From positions 142,504-206,503 of the forward strand of contig MFEK01000016.1 of the NCBI GenBank assembly GCA_001779925.1: DNA of 64,000 nt. The letters run 5' to 3'. Below, piece by piece: positions 8,639 to 18,460 of this stretch. Below the pieces are notes generated by a model, which was not told where the DNA came from, did no database searches, and was given only the letters and a program-made list of their open reading frames with translations. The stretch's first letter is position 1. Each line of letters begins with the position of its first letter. Both the position numbers and the translations under genes were made by a program. This DNA is from Candidatus Doudnabacteria bacterium RIFCSPHIGHO2_01_FULL_46_14. Lineage in GTDB: Bacteria > Patescibacteriota > Doudnabacteria > UBA920 > 2-01-FULL-46-14.

Positions 8639-9678
8639 ATTAAGGTGTTCATTTGTGATTTTTGTTGGGCGATGCCGAGGTGTTCATAAGCCAGCGCGGT
8701 CGCGACTCGGCCTTTTGGGGTGCGATCCAAAAACCCCAGGCGCATCAGGTATGGCTCGTAAATATCGGCAATGGTTTGTTCTTCCTCGCTGGTCGCGGCT
8801 GCCAAAGTGTTTATACCCACTGGTCCGCCCTGGAATTTTTCAATGAGCGCCAGCAAAATAGAGCGGTCATTGCGATCAAGGCCGAGAGCATCCACCTCCA
8901 GCATGTCGAGAGCCTGCCGGGCAAGCTCGTTGGTGATTTTGCCGTTAGAACGAACCTCGGCAAAATCGCGCACGCGCCGTAGGAGGCGGTTTGCGATTCT
9001 CGGAGTTTTGCGCGCGCGTTTGGCGATTTCTTGGCCGGCCAGAGACTCCATGCCAATGTCGAGAATTTTTGCACTGCGCGTCACAATCTTTTCAATTTCT
9101 TCTTCGCCGTAAAAATCAAGCCGCACGGTAACGCCGAAGCGATCACGAAGCGGACCGGAGAGGAGGCCGATGCGGGTGGTAGCGCCGATGATGGTAAAGC
9201 GCGGCAGATCAAGACGCACGGACCGCGCGCCCGGCCCTTTGCCGAGAACTATATCAAAAGCAAAATCTTCCATGGCCGGATAGAGAATCTCTTCCACGAC
9301 TTTGGGAAGACGGTGGATTTCGTCGATAAACAAGATGTCATTATTTTGCAGGTTGGTCAGAAGGCTGGCGAGGTCGCCCGCGCGTTCAATAGCCGGCCCA
9401 GAGGTCATTTTGATCTGCACTCCGGTTTCATTCGCGAGCACAAAGGCCAGGGTGGTTTTCCCAAGTCCCGGCGGGCCATAGAGGAGTACATGCTCGATTG
9501 GCTGTTTTCTTTTTTTGGCAGCCTCCAACAGAATCTTGAGATGCTCTTTGTTTTTCTCCTGGCCGATATAGTCACGCAAAGTTTTCGGCCGCAAAGTCAG
9601 ATCCAACCGCTCTTCTTCCGAGGCTTGCGGTTTGACTACTCTTTCTTGCTCTTTTTTTTCTGAGGTTTTCTCGATCAT
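8635..9678 (-). CDS. ruvB: Holliday junction DNA helicase RuvB
   Basis: Walker [12 protein letters not shown], Walker [11 protein letters not shown], RuvB C-terminal wHTH. Confidence 0.9.
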   Translation of the reverse strand: MIEKTSEKKEQERVVKPQASEEERLDLTLRPKTLRDYIGQEKNKEHLKILLEAAKKRKQPIEHVLLYGPPGLGKTTLAFVLANETGVQIKMTSGPAIERAGDLASLLTNLQNNDILFIDEIHRLPKVVEEILYPAMEDFAFDIVLGKGPGARSVRLDLPRFTIIGATTRIGLLSGPLRDRFGVTVRLDFYGEEEIEKIVTRSAKILDIGMESLAGQEIAKRARKTPRIANRLLRRVRDFAEVRSNGKITNELARQALDMLEVDALGLDRNDRSILLALIEKFQGGPVGINTLAAATSEEEQTIADIYEPYLMRLGFLDRTPKGRVATALAYEHLGIAQQKSQMNTLI

Positions 9679-9684
9679 TGGTTA

Positions 9685-9718
9685 CTCCCTCTCTTAAGTT
9701 AAGAGAGGGTAGGGTGAG
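9685..9718. repeat. Perfect palindrome CCCTCTCTTAAGTTAAGAGAGGG (GC-rich family variant) overlapping the ruvB RBS
   Basis: 11-bp arms with no loop. Related to the ..CCCCTTAAGATAAGGGG.. copies at 24030-24113. Confidence 0.55.
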
Positions 9719-9862
9719 TTATGAATCACTAATTCAATTTTACCATTCTCAACCAGCATTGACAAAAGCCCTATTTTATGCAAAAATGGGTTGCCGCATT
9801 ATGGGACGATGTCAGCAAAGCTGGCGCGGAAACCCTGAGCGGACTTACGGAGGTATAGTGTG

Positions 9863-10414
9863 ATGAGTATGACTATTATTTGGTTGACGAGTGAAGGAAA
9901 AGACATTTTGCAGAGGTTTGGTGAAGCCAAGGGGGATTTGAAGAAGGCAAAATTCGAGAATTCGCATTGGCACAACTTTTTGTACGATTTCTCGCATGGA
10001 GAGAATCCTCTGCGATCGCTGCTTGGTGACTTTACCCTGCGAAAGATCCAGCCTTATGACATGCAGGCTCTTATCTGCGATGCTGGACCGCTCGGCATTT
10101 TAGACCCGACTGTTGTCGAGCCTGCATTGCCCATGGGACTTCCAGAGTATTGGGTGGAGAAGGTCACGATGCGAACAACGATCGTAGACAATTTCCGCAA
10201 GGACGGTCGATACAGGTGTCAGAATGGCACAATTGTGGCGATGCAAGATTATGTCTATTCGCCGAATTCCATCGATCTAGTCCAACGACTCTCTGTCCAG
10301 GCCAACACCGTCGCCGCTGCTAAGGATATTCTCCGAGCTTTCTTGGCGGGGGAGTTGTTTCCAGAAGCCGGTGAAGACTTCACTGCGCCACAACAAGAAC
10401 GACCGAATAATTAG
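9863..10414 (+). CDS. Hypothetical protein (183 aa)
   Basis: RBS GGAGG 9 nt upstream of ATG 9863. Ends at a clean terminator. Confidence 0.5.
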   Translation: MSMTIIWLTSEGKDILQRFGEAKGDLKKAKFENSHWHNFLYDFSHGENPLRSLLGDFTLRKIQPYDMQALICDAGPLGILDPTVVEPALPMGLPEYWVEKVTMRTTIVDNFRKDGRYRCQNGTIVAMQDYVYSPNSIDLVQRLSVQANTVAAAKDILRAFLAGELFPEAGEDFTAPQQERPNN

Positions 10415-10425
10415 TCAGCCTCGAA

Positions 10426-10456
10426 CCGACAGACCTGTACAGTCTGTCGGTTTTTT
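10426..10456. terminator. Bidirectional rho-independent terminator
   Basis: CCGACAGAC-ctgtacagt-CTGTCGG followed by TTTTTT. Confidence 0.7.
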
Positions 10457-10463
10457 GCTTTAT

Positions 10464-11942
10464 TTACTTCCTAAACCGTTTCAAAAACTCGATCACCAGT
10501 CGGACCGAGGTGCCGGTGGCGCCTTTGGGGCGGTAGGGTTTTTCGCGAGTGGCCCAGGCTACGCCCGCGATGTCCAGGTGCATCCAGGGGTAATCAACAA
10601 AATGCCGGAGAAAATTGGCGGCGTGGATTGAATCGCCGTAGCGCATGGTGCCGGTGTTCCGCAGATCCGCGAAATCGCTTTTGATGAAAATTTCATAATT
10701 TTTTTCCAGAGGCATTGGCCAGATTTTCTCGCCAGTGGCTTTGGCCGCGGCTTTGAGTGCAGTAAGATGTTTGTCAGTGTTGCCGAAAGCCCCGATAATG
10801 TCATCTCCAAGGGCGACCACGATGGCGCCGGTGAGCGTGGCAAAATCAATTACGAGATCGGGCTCATATTTTTTGGCGTAATCAAGCGCATCTGAGAGAA
10901 TCATTCTTCCTTCCGCGTCTGTGTTTACAATCTCAACTGTTTTGCCGGAGCGGGTGGTAACAATGTCCCCGGGTTTGATAGCCGCGCCGGACGGCAGATT
11001 CTCCGAAGCAGGAATAAGCCCAATCAGATTTACCGGCAATTTCAGCATGGCCGCAGCCTCGATCACTGCCATCACGTCTGCTCCGCCTGACATATCATAT
11101 TTCATTTCTTCCATTTTGTCTGAGGGTTTGATGGAAATGCCGCCGGAATCAAAAGTCAGGCCTTTGCCTACCAGCACCACTGTCGGCAATGATTTTTTTG
11201 GCAGGTATTCAAGAATGATAAATTTCGGCTCCTCATTTGAGCCCTGGGACACGGCGAGCAGACCGCCCATTTTTTCTTTTTCAATGTCTTTTTTTTCGAG
11301 AATATTGACTTTGATCTGAGGGAACTGCTTGCCAATAGCCCTTGCATGTTTGGCTAAATGTTCCGGGGTCGCCACATTCGCCGGATGATTGCCGAGATCC
11401 CGGGCAGTAATCACACTGTTGGCAATCATCCGCCCTTCGGTCAGCCCTTTGTCCGCGCCGCGCTTATCCTTTGCTGCAACCAAGAGTTCAATGTCATCAA
11501 ATTTCGGTTTGTTCTGTTTACTTGTTTTGTAATAGGGAAATTCATAGGCAGCCAAAATCAAAGATTCGCTGATTGCTCGGGCAACCTCATCTGGAGAGGC
11601 TTTAGGAATTTTTGGCATCATTATGGATACTCGCGTGACTGGCAAGGTTTTCAGGGTTTGGGCAGTGATTGAGCATGCTTCGCGCAGTTTTTCCAGGGTC
11701 AGGTCAGCGTTTTTGCCGAGTCCGACGAGAATCATGCGTGGCAGATTTTCCAAACCAAACAGCAGCCGCACTTTGGAGGCTTCGCCGGAAAAATCGCCGG
11801 ACTCGCGCATTTTTTTGATTTGATTAGCGCAAAGCGCGTCGATGATTTTTTCTTCCGGCACGGTTTCTTCCTGCCTCAAAAAAATTATCAGGGCATCGCA
11901 GGTTGTTTGATTTGGTTTTTTCGTTGTCGCGGTAAAATTCAT
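10464..11942 (-). CDS. pepA: Leucyl aminopeptidase (M17 family)
   Basis: NTDAEGRMILSDAL signature plus M17 metal ligands. Confidence 0.85.
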   Translation of the reverse strand: MNFTATTKKPNQTTCDALIIFLRQEETVPEEKIIDALCANQIKKMRESGDFSGEASKVRLLFGLENLPRMILVGLGKNADLTLEKLREACSITAQTLKTLPVTRVSIMMPKIPKASPDEVARAISESLILAAYEFPYYKTSKQNKPKFDDIELLVAAKDKRGADKGLTEGRMIANSVITARDLGNHPANVATPEHLAKHARAIGKQFPQIKVNILEKKDIEKEKMGGLLAVSQGSNEEPKFIILEYLPKKSLPTVVLVGKGLTFDSGGISIKPSDKMEEMKYDMSGGADVMAVIEAAAMLKLPVNLIGLIPASENLPSGAAIKPGDIVTTRSGKTVEIVNTDAEGRMILSDALDYAKKYEPDLVIDFATLTGAIVVALGDDIIGAFGNTDKHLTALKAAAKATGEKIWPMPLEKNYEIFIKSDFADLRNTGTMRYGDSIHAANFLRHFVDYPWMHLDIAGVAWATREKPYRPKGATGTSVRLVIEFLKRFRK

Positions 11943-11957
11943 ATTTATGTATAGTTG

Positions 11958-13280
11958 TTAATTGATAGGAAGAGGAGGTGCAGCAGCCGGAAGTTCAAAT
12001 GTCTGCTCAGCCACTTTGGGCGGGATATAGGAGGAGTTAAAAGTGATCTCACGGGTTTCCCCATTTTGGATAACCTTACGGCTGACTGTTGATTTTACCG
12101 CGCCGCTTGCCTTTCTGTCAAAGGGGTGAGGCCCGTCAACTATTACCTGCCGGTCGTCTTTGGTCCCGTAAAAATCAAAATACAGCCTTTTGCCTTCGAT
12201 CCTTGTCCAGACAAGCAGGGCGCCCGGCGTGTCATTTACAAATTTCATGTCTTGATAAGGCGAATAGATGGTGGCGTCCAAACCAACCGCGCGCGGCTGG
12301 TCATCGGAAATCCATTCATAATAGTGGACTGCATAAGAATGATTGCGCCGCTGGGTGATCGGCAGTCCGCCAAAAAACGCGGCCCGGAATGCCGTGGTGG
12401 ATACTTGGCAGAGTCCCCCGCCAAACTCCGGGGTGGCACCCTCCGGCTTGATTACCAGTTCCGGTTTAAAGCCATGCTCCGCGTCCACCGGGCCAAGGTA
12501 TTTATTGAAAGAGAATTCCTTCCCCGGCTTGATGATCACGCCATTGTATTTGGAAGCGCCAACGCGAACATTGTTTATGCGCGCCGCGCTGGAACCGGTA
12601 AAATCTGTTTGTCCTGTGGAAACGAGTGTCTTTATGCCAAGGTTATTTAAATCGCCAAGACGAATTTTGGGAGAGCTCTGCTTCATAGGCAGGGAGAATT
12701 CCCTACCTCCTGACAGCAGAGTTTTTTTCAAACCCAAAAGAGCCGCGGCCCGGTCAAGGGTGTAACCGTTTTGGTCTGTAATGAATTTTATTGCCCGCTC
12801 ATCTTCGATGATGAGCTCGGCATCCCGGGCTTCTCGATTGAGCGCTTCCGCTCTTTTAGTAATCCAATCTCCTATCCCTGCGCTGTCGAGATTCTGGCCT
12901 CGGACCACAGCGCGGAAACTATAAGCTGTCCAGGGATGAGCGATGCCGGTTTCGCTAAAAAAATAATTTATTACTGATGACTGGACAATTGGCTTGGCAC
13001 TAATCGTTTGTTTATGCTTCCAAGACTCAAACAGATCTTGCTTGAGCTCGGTTTTTTTGCCTGCTTCGATAACGGTCAGCTGGGACTGTGAATCTTGCAA
13101 GAGAATTTTTCTGCCTGCCGGCGCATCATAGTCCTCATTGTTTTTCGGGGAGCGCAGCCTTACCTCAATATTAAGGCTGATTGTGAGAGCGAGCACAGTC
13201 ATAGCCAAACCCAAGGCTCCGAGCGGGGCGATTATTTTATAGGCTTTCAATGATTCTGTTGTTGGGCTGTTTTTTGACAT
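11958..13280 (-). CDS. VanW-like protein (N-terminal TM anchor, VanW domain)
   Basis: Conserved VanW core GGGLCQVSTTAFRAAFFGGLP. Confidence 0.75.
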   Translation of the reverse strand: MSKNSPTTESLKAYKIIAPLGALGLAMTVLALTISLNIEVRLRSPKNNEDYDAPAGRKILLQDSQSQLTVIEAGKKTELKQDLFESWKHKQTISAKPIVQSSVINYFFSETGIAHPWTAYSFRAVVRGQNLDSAGIGDWITKRAEALNREARDAELIIEDERAIKFITDQNGYTLDRAAALLGLKKTLLSGGREFSLPMKQSSPKIRLGDLNNLGIKTLVSTGQTDFTGSSAARINNVRVGASKYNGVIIKPGKEFSFNKYLGPVDAEHGFKPELVIKPEGATPEFGGGLCQVSTTAFRAAFFGGLPITQRRNHSYAVHYYEWISDDQPRAVGLDATIYSPYQDMKFVNDTPGALLVWTRIEGKRLYFDFYGTKDDRQVIVDGPHPFDRKASGAVKSTVSRKVIQNGETREITFNSSYIPPKVAEQTFELPAAAPPLPIN

Positions 13281-13662
13281 GAGTGAAATTTATATGTTTT
13301 GTGTTCGCCGGCAAAAATTTTTTGGCGATTTTCGGCCATTCTATGGCCACAATATTTTTTCTATTTTTTATTATTTCCGGGAAGCCCAAATCCTCAAGCT
13401 CAGCAGCGCTGCGGAGGCGGTATAAATCAAAATGATAAAACCGAAAAAAGGTTTTGGGTATAGGATAGCTATGGAAAATTACAAAAGTAGGGCTTTTTAT
13501 TTTGTGGTTGAGACCGAGACCGCGGGCCAGTCCCTTTACGAAAGTTGTTTTGCCGGAGCCGAGATCGCCCCAAAGAGCGAAGATTCGCCCGCTTTTTATC
13601 GTCTTTCCGATGCCCTCGGCGTAACGCTTGGTGGCTAGTCCGGAAGCCGTAATTTTCTTCAC
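13237..13662 (-). CDS. tsaE: tRNA t6A37 biosynthesis ATPase TsaE
   Basis: GDLGSGKTTFVKGLARGLG P-loop typical of YjeE/TsaE. Confidence 0.8.
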   Translation of the reverse strand: MKKITASGLATKRYAEGIGKTIKSGRIFALWGDLGSGKTTFVKGLARGLGLNHKIKSPTFVIFHSYPIPKTFFRFYHFDLYRLRSAAELEDLGFPEIIKNRKNIVAIEWPKIAKKFLPANTKHINFTHVKKQPNNRIIESL

Positions 13663-13772
13663 ACCGTTAGCATTAATTTCATTAATTATGAAGGATTTTT
13701 TTACATTCCGTTTAGTACAGAAAATTTCCAGCCGGTGAATCAGTTGTTTAATTTTACCAGAAAAGGTCGCCC

Positions 13773-13801
13773 TTGACGAGACCCCGGAACTTTATTATAG
13801 T
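13773..13801 (+). promoter_or_regulatory. Sigma70-like promoter TTGACG-N17-TATAGT for the DHH gene
   Basis: Hexamers and spacing seen directly. Confidence 0.45.
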
Positions 13802-13825
13802 AACCAGATAATTTAATAATTAGAA

Positions 13826-14971
13826 ATGGAACAAAGCCCGCAAAAATCAGTTTTTGACAGTATCAATAAAGCACACCGGATCCTCATCGCTCTGCCGAGC
13901 AATGCAAACGGCGACGCGGTCGGGTCAGGGCTGGCTTTGTATTCGTTCGCCAAAAAACTTGATAAAGAGCCGGAGATTGTGACTGCCAGCCAAACTCTGG
14001 AGCAGTTTTCTTTTCTGCCGCACATCTCCGAGGTGAAGCATGAACTGGAGGCCCAGCAAAGTTTTGTCATCTCTGTGAATACCAGCCAGGCGCCGCTTGA
14101 TGAGCTGTCATATGAGGGGAAGCCGGACCGCGTGGATATTTTCCTCAAACCGAAGACTGGAAAGTTTTCGGCCACTGACGTGAGTTTTAAAAATGCCAGG
14201 TTTCCTTACGAATTGATTATTACTCTGCATGCTCCATCCCTCGATAACCTTGGGGAGATTTACGAAAAAAATACTGATCTATTTTTTGAAACGCCGATCA
14301 TTAATATTGACCATCATCCCAACAATGAATATTATGGCGAGATTAACCACGTTGATCTGACCGCGACCTCGACTGCGGAAATCGTCGCCAGCCTCATTGA
14401 AGAGTTTGAAAGCGGATTGATGGACGAACACATTGCCACCAGCTTGCTCACCGGCATCATCGTCGAGACCAACAGTTTTCAACACATGAAAACCACGCCG
14501 AAAGCTTTTCTCAAAGCTTCTCAGCTCATTGCCCAGGGCGGACGGCATCAGGATATCATCCGTGAACTTTATAAAACGAAGAGCATTTCGCTTTTGAAGC
14601 TTTGGGGCCGAGCTTTGGCCAGGCTGCGCGAGATCAAGGAACTCTCAATGTCCTATTCCTTGGTTAATTTCCAGGACATTGAAAAAACCGCGAGCAAACC
14701 CGAGGATGTTTCCGGAGTGATGAAAGAGCTGATAGCGAACCTCACTGGTTCCAGGATCATTTTGTTTTTGGCGGAAACTGCGCCTCAGCAGATTACGGGG
14801 TATTTTCATCTGCATCCTAGCATCAAAACTCAAATTTTTGCATCTGCCCTTTCCGCGCAAATGCTGAACGGTTCGTTCGGAAAATTTACCCTCAAAGACG
14901 TGGGTTTGCTTGAAGCCGAGAAGGACATTCTCGAGAAACTGACGAAGATAAAAGACCAAATCGCTGCGTAG
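13826..14971 (+). CDS. DHH-family phosphoesterase (NrnA-like oligoribonuclease/pAp phosphatase)
   Basis: DHH motif INIDHHPNNEYYG with DHHA1-like C-terminus. AATTAGAAATG start context. Confidence 0.8.
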   Translation: MEQSPQKSVFDSINKAHRILIALPSNANGDAVGSGLALYSFAKKLDKEPEIVTASQTLEQFSFLPHISEVKHELEAQQSFVISVNTSQAPLDELSYEGKPDRVDIFLKPKTGKFSATDVSFKNARFPYELIITLHAPSLDNLGEIYEKNTDLFFETPIINIDHHPNNEYYGEINHVDLTATSTAEIVASLIEEFESGLMDEHIATSLLTGIIVETNSFQHMKTTPKAFLKASQLIAQGGRHQDIIRELYKTKSISLLKLWGRALARLREIKELSMSYSLVNFQDIEKTASKPEDVSGVMKELIANLTGSRIILFLAETAPQQITGYFHLHPSIKTQIFASALSAQMLNGSFGKFTLKDVGLLEAEKDILEKLTKIKDQIAA

Positions 14972-15052
14972 CGCAAAGCTTATAACTCAGATGTCAGAAC
15001 TACGAACGGTTCTGAGTTTTGCGTTTTTAGTTTTGAGTTGTATACTCAATTC

Positions 15053-16696
15053 ATGGATGAAAAACTAAAAAGTCCGCAAGAAAAAGCGGAAAAAATAAAA
15101 GAAGTCTTTGGCGAGCTCAATAAGAAATTTGAGGAAAATGAGGCTGTGCGTCAGGCCAAAACCTTGCAGGTGCCATATTTTGATCTTCGCCATTTCCCCA
15201 TCGACGAAAATGTGCTCATGGCTGTGCCGGAAGAAGTGGCGGTGGCAGCCAGGGCAGTTCCTTTTTATAAGGAAATCAAAACCCTGAAAATTGGTTTTGT
15301 TGACCCGACCAATAAACATTTGGATACGCTGGTTGGCGATTTGAAAAAGAAAGGGCTTGAGGTGGAACTGTATATGATTTCCGCCAGTGCTTTGGAATTT
15401 GCACTCACACAATACCGCAGGATTTTAAGTACTGCCCCTCATCATGAAAAAGAAATCGAGATTCGGCCCACGGAGGAAAGCACTGCGACCTTGCGCGCTT
15501 TGGACAAGGCTGCGGTATTTCCCGATACTACGGAATTGCTGTCTCTCATCATCGCCGCGGCGATAAGCGCCGGCAGCTCGGACATTCATTTGGAACCGGA
15601 GAAAGAAGTTTTGAAAATCCGTTTTCGCATGGATGGGGTTTTGCAGGAAATTACAAATCTGCCGATGTCTGTTTACCAGCACTTGCTTTCGCGTATCAAG
15701 CTTGCCTCGAATCTTAAACTCAATGTCACGAACGTGCCGCAGGACGGCAGGTTTAGCGTGCACCGCGGTACAAAGAACATCGATTTGCGCATCTCCATTA
15801 TTCCGTCTGCTTACGGCGAATCGATTGTGATGAGGGTTTTGGGAGCCGAAGAGATTTCTGTGGACATTGAAAATCTGGGATTGTCGAAACGCGATATGGA
15901 TCTCTTGCTTGCTGAACTCGACAAGCCGAACGGCATGATTTTAACAACCGGCCCTACTGGGTCAGGGAAAACAACCACGCTTTACGCATTTTTGCGCTAT
16001 CTTAATCGCGGCGGCGTAAAAATTATCACTTTGGAAGATCCGGTGGAATACCAGATTGAAGGCATCACTCAGACACCGATTGATCATGGGGCGGGCATGG
16101 ATTTTGCCAAAGGTTTGCGTTCTATACTCCGGCAGGACCCGGACATTGTCATGGTCGGGGAAATCCGCGATTTGGAAACTGCGGAGACTGCGGCGCAGGC
16201 CGCGCTCACCGGGCATCAGGTTTTATCGACCCTGCACACCAATGATGCGGCTGGCGCCATCCCACGCTTTCTTGACCTCGGAGTAAAGGCCGTGACTCTT
16301 GCGCCAGCTCTCAGCGCGCTCATTGCCCAGCGCCTCCTGCGTAAAATTTGCCAGAAATGTAAAGAAATTTACAAACCGGATAACAAGGAACTTGATCGCA
16401 TTAAGCTCACGATTGCCACAGTTCCGAAAGACCGCATGCCCGAGCATTTAACGTTTTATCAGAGTAAGGGCTGTGAATTTTGTCACAAAATTGGCTATAA
16501 AGGTAGAGTCGGCGTATTTGAAGTTTTTGCCGTAGACGACGCCATCGAGAAATTAATTTACGAATCCGCCTCATCTCAGGATATCAAAAAAGCCGCGCTC
16601 AAAGCCGGCATGATAACCATGCAGCAAGACGCGATCCTTAAAGCCGCTTATGGATTAACAGATTTGGCGGAGGTGTGGAGAGTCACCGAGGAATAG
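15053..16696 (+). CDS. Type II secretion / type IV pilus assembly ATPase (GspE/PilB family)
   Basis: Walker A TGPTGSGKTTTLYAFL, N-terminal GSPII_E_N-like domain, C-terminal tetracysteine CxxC...CxxC. Confidence 0.85.
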   Translation: MDEKLKSPQEKAEKIKEVFGELNKKFEENEAVRQAKTLQVPYFDLRHFPIDENVLMAVPEEVAVAARAVPFYKEIKTLKIGFVDPTNKHLDTLVGDLKKKGLEVELYMISASALEFALTQYRRILSTAPHHEKEIEIRPTEESTATLRALDKAAVFPDTTELLSLIIAAAISAGSSDIHLEPEKEVLKIRFRMDGVLQEITNLPMSVYQHLLSRIKLASNLKLNVTNVPQDGRFSVHRGTKNIDLRISIIPSAYGESIVMRVLGAEEISVDIENLGLSKRDMDLLLAELDKPNGMILTTGPTGSGKTTTLYAFLRYLNRGGVKIITLEDPVEYQIEGITQTPIDHGAGMDFAKGLRSILRQDPDIVMVGEIRDLETAETAAQAALTGHQVLSTLHTNDAAGAIPRFLDLGVKAVTLAPALSALIAQRLLRKICQKCKEIYKPDNKELDRIKLTIATVPKDRMPEHLTFYQSKGCEFCHKIGYKGRVGVFEVFAVDDAIEKLIYESASSQDIKKAALKAGMITMQQDAILKAAYGLTDLAEVWRVTEE

Positions 16697-16777
16697 ATTT
16701 GGCCCCCGCCCGCAACGCCTGAGCAAGCTCATGCTTGCGATGGCGGGCGGGGAAGTCTGGAGAGTGACTGAGGAATA
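16697..16777. repeat. Structured ~55-bp hairpin insertion followed by a 26-bp duplicate of the pilB-like gene 3' end (including its stop)
   Basis: 16666-16696 GTGTGGAGAGTCACCGAGGAATAG versus 16752-16777 GTCTGGAGAGTGACTGAGGAATAA. Between them lies a CCCCGCCCGC...GCGGGCGGGG 10-bp stem enclosing GCAAGCtcatGCTTGC. Confidence 0.6.
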
Positions 16778-16789
16778 AATCGAAAGCAG

Positions 16790-16823
16790 ACTCCCCTCCT
16801 CGTGAGGAGGGGTTAGGGGAGGT
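16790..16823. repeat. GC-rich palindromic repeat (CCCCTCCTCgtgAGGAGGGGttAGGGGAGG)
   Basis: Member of the dispersed family. Confidence 0.65.
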
Positions 16824-17023
16824 CTAGCGAACGGCTAAACACGTCTGAGCCGTTCACCCCGACATACGTCGGGGTTGACTTTTTTGCGTTTTAACAGTAA
16901 ATTGAACTGCTACGTTTCGCTGTAGCATCACTCGCCAGCAAGCGGCGTGTAGAACAATAGCTTGCAAGGGAAGTAGGTAGCTTATCTCAAAGACCGAACC
17001 CGAGAAAGAAAAAGGGGGCAGTT

Positions 17024-17638
17024 GTGAAAACTATCATCGAAGTCGTCGATGAAACTCAAATCAGATCAAAACTCGAAGAACGTATTAAGGGACCGCAGTT
17101 CCCGTTTTTGAGACTAAACCAGGTTCGGATTCGCGAGAACGATCTGCAGAAAACGGATCTATCATTCGTCCAAGCTGCATTTTGTTTGTCGCAGAGAACC
17201 GATACCGTTAGCGAGGATAATTTTTTATTCCTGGCCGGCAGAATCTTGGAAACACCTGATTTCCTCTGTCTTGACATCGCTGAAAATGGAATGCGATTGC
17301 CAGAAAGTACCGAATGGGCGACCATGCTCGGTGCCCTCGTGATGAGCAAGGGGAATATCACTACTGAAGTGAAAACAGATCCTGCTTTAGTCGCAGACAT
17401 ATTCCGGTCACAGGAGTTTCTCTTCCCCGCGCCTGGCTTGGGTCAGGTCGGAAGAAGCATTCAGGAACAAATCCTTCTTGCGAAGAGTTTTGTCTGGACA
17501 TTGGAAAAAGCCGCGATCCAGTTCGCCAGCATTCTTAGTCTCTATGAGAGTGAAAAAGAGGTGATGCTCGAGATCGCGTCTCGCCTCTGGCCCTACACGA
17601 AATTCGGGCAGCTCTTGACTAAGGCTCATTTGCAATGA
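17024..17638 (+). CDS. Hypothetical protein (204 aa, GTG start)
   Basis: RBS AAAGGGGG upstream of GTG. Terminator follows. Confidence 0.45.
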   Translation: MKTIIEVVDETQIRSKLEERIKGPQFPFLRLNQVRIRENDLQKTDLSFVQAAFCLSQRTDTVSEDNFLFLAGRILETPDFLCLDIAENGMRLPESTEWATMLGALVMSKGNITTEVKTDPALVADIFRSQEFLFPAPGLGQVGRSIQEQILLAKSFVWTLEKAAIQFASILSLYESEKEVMLEIASRLWPYTKFGQLLTKAHLQ

Positions 17639-17674
17639 GCTTTTTCCATATATGATCCATTGACGATTAAAACC

Positions 17675-17710
17675 CCCAAGGAACTTCGTGCGTCCTTGGG
17701 TGGTTTTTAT
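17675..17710 (+). terminator. Rho-independent terminator
   Basis: CCCAAGGAacttcgtgcgTCCTTGGG followed by TGGTTTTT. Confidence 0.65.
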
Positions 17711-17744
17711 TTCATGAGCCGCACCCTCGCATTTGCGCATTTTT

Positions 17745-17800
17745 TCAAATCATACTACCATATACTCATAGGATTCTCGGCCGCGAAGTCTGTGAGTAGT
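17745..17800. repeat. Palindromic direct repeat (copy 1) upstream of the PaaX-like regulator: TACTCATAGGATTCTCGGCCGCGAAGTCTgTGAGTAGT
   Basis: Near-identical copy at 18382-18427. Internal 9-10 bp inverted arms ACTCATAG/CTATGAGT. Confidence 0.75.
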
Positions 17801-17825
17801 AGATGAATTAAGATCCTTAGTAATC

Positions 17826-18398
17826 ATGAATAAAACTCTCAAGCGTATATTAGGCGGGACGGGCAGCCTAGCCCGAGACATTATTGAGTATCTTCGGGAA
17901 GCTCATGAAATGAGCGCTGAAGTGTGTTTTTCCACAACTTTTGGTGCGCGTCCTGGGCGCGCTTATTATAAGAGGCAATCGGTTTACAACACGTTCTCAC
18001 GATTGCAAAAGCAAGGTTATCTGCGAAAGGAAAGGCGAGCTGGTAAGAAGGCAGTCTATAAGCTGCCTACAGTTGTGCGAAAAGAACTGGAGGCATTTGA
18101 AAGATTGACATTAAAGCATCGATCATCAGCCAATTGGGATCGGCGTTGGAGATTGGTGTCATTTGATATTCCAGAAACTCAACATAAATACCGCGATACT
18201 TTGCGCTGGAAATTAAAACGGCTGGGTTTAGAAAAATTTCAACAGAGTATTTGGCTTACCCCGTATCCGCTGGAGGATGATTTTCAACAAATCATTGCCG
18301 AGGGTGGCCTACAAGATTGTGTGTTCATTATTGATACAGACCGTATTCCAAATGAGATAAAATGGCGTCGCTGTTTTCAGCTTACTAACTACTCATAG
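17826..18398 (+). CDS. PaaX-like transcriptional regulator (N-terminal wHTH, C-terminal Cas2-like fold)
   Basis: C-terminal WRLVSFDIPE...QQSIWLTPYP resembles the PaaX C-terminus/Cas2-like motif. The stop codon lies inside repeat copy 2. Confidence 0.5.
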   Translation: MNKTLKRILGGTGSLARDIIEYLREAHEMSAEVCFSTTFGARPGRAYYKRQSVYNTFSRLQKQGYLRKERRAGKKAVYKLPTVVRKELEAFERLTLKHRSSANWDRRWRLVSFDIPETQHKYRDTLRWKLKRLGLEKFQQSIWLTPYPLEDDFQQIIAEGGLQDCVFIIDTDRIPNEIKWRRCFQLTNYS

Positions 18399-18427
18399 GA
18401 TTCTCGGCCGCGAAGTCTATGAGTAGT
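18382..18427. repeat. Palindromic direct repeat (copy 2), overlapping the regulator stop and upstream of polA
   Basis: 37/38 identity with 17763-17800. Confidence 0.75.
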
Positions 18428-18460
18428 TAAATTATGTTAGGATAAGTAGGATAAAGGGCT

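Noticed and set aside
8662-9663. Several plus-strand ORFs (106-210 aa) antisense to ruvB
   Set aside because: They are embedded in the ruvB coding region on the opposite strand, as is typical of GC-skewed antisense frames.
9678-9863. 61-aa ORF between ruvB and the 9863 gene
   Set aside because: It spans the ruvB RBS palindrome and the promoter of the downstream gene. It has no RBS and is likely non-coding leader.
16900-16960. Possible tRNA in the pilB-downstream intergenic region
   Set aside because: Hairpin TGCTACgtttcgctGTAGCA lacks a T-loop (GTTCGA/GTTCAA) and acceptor pairing. Only one tRNA (57688-57759) passes a cloverleaf check.
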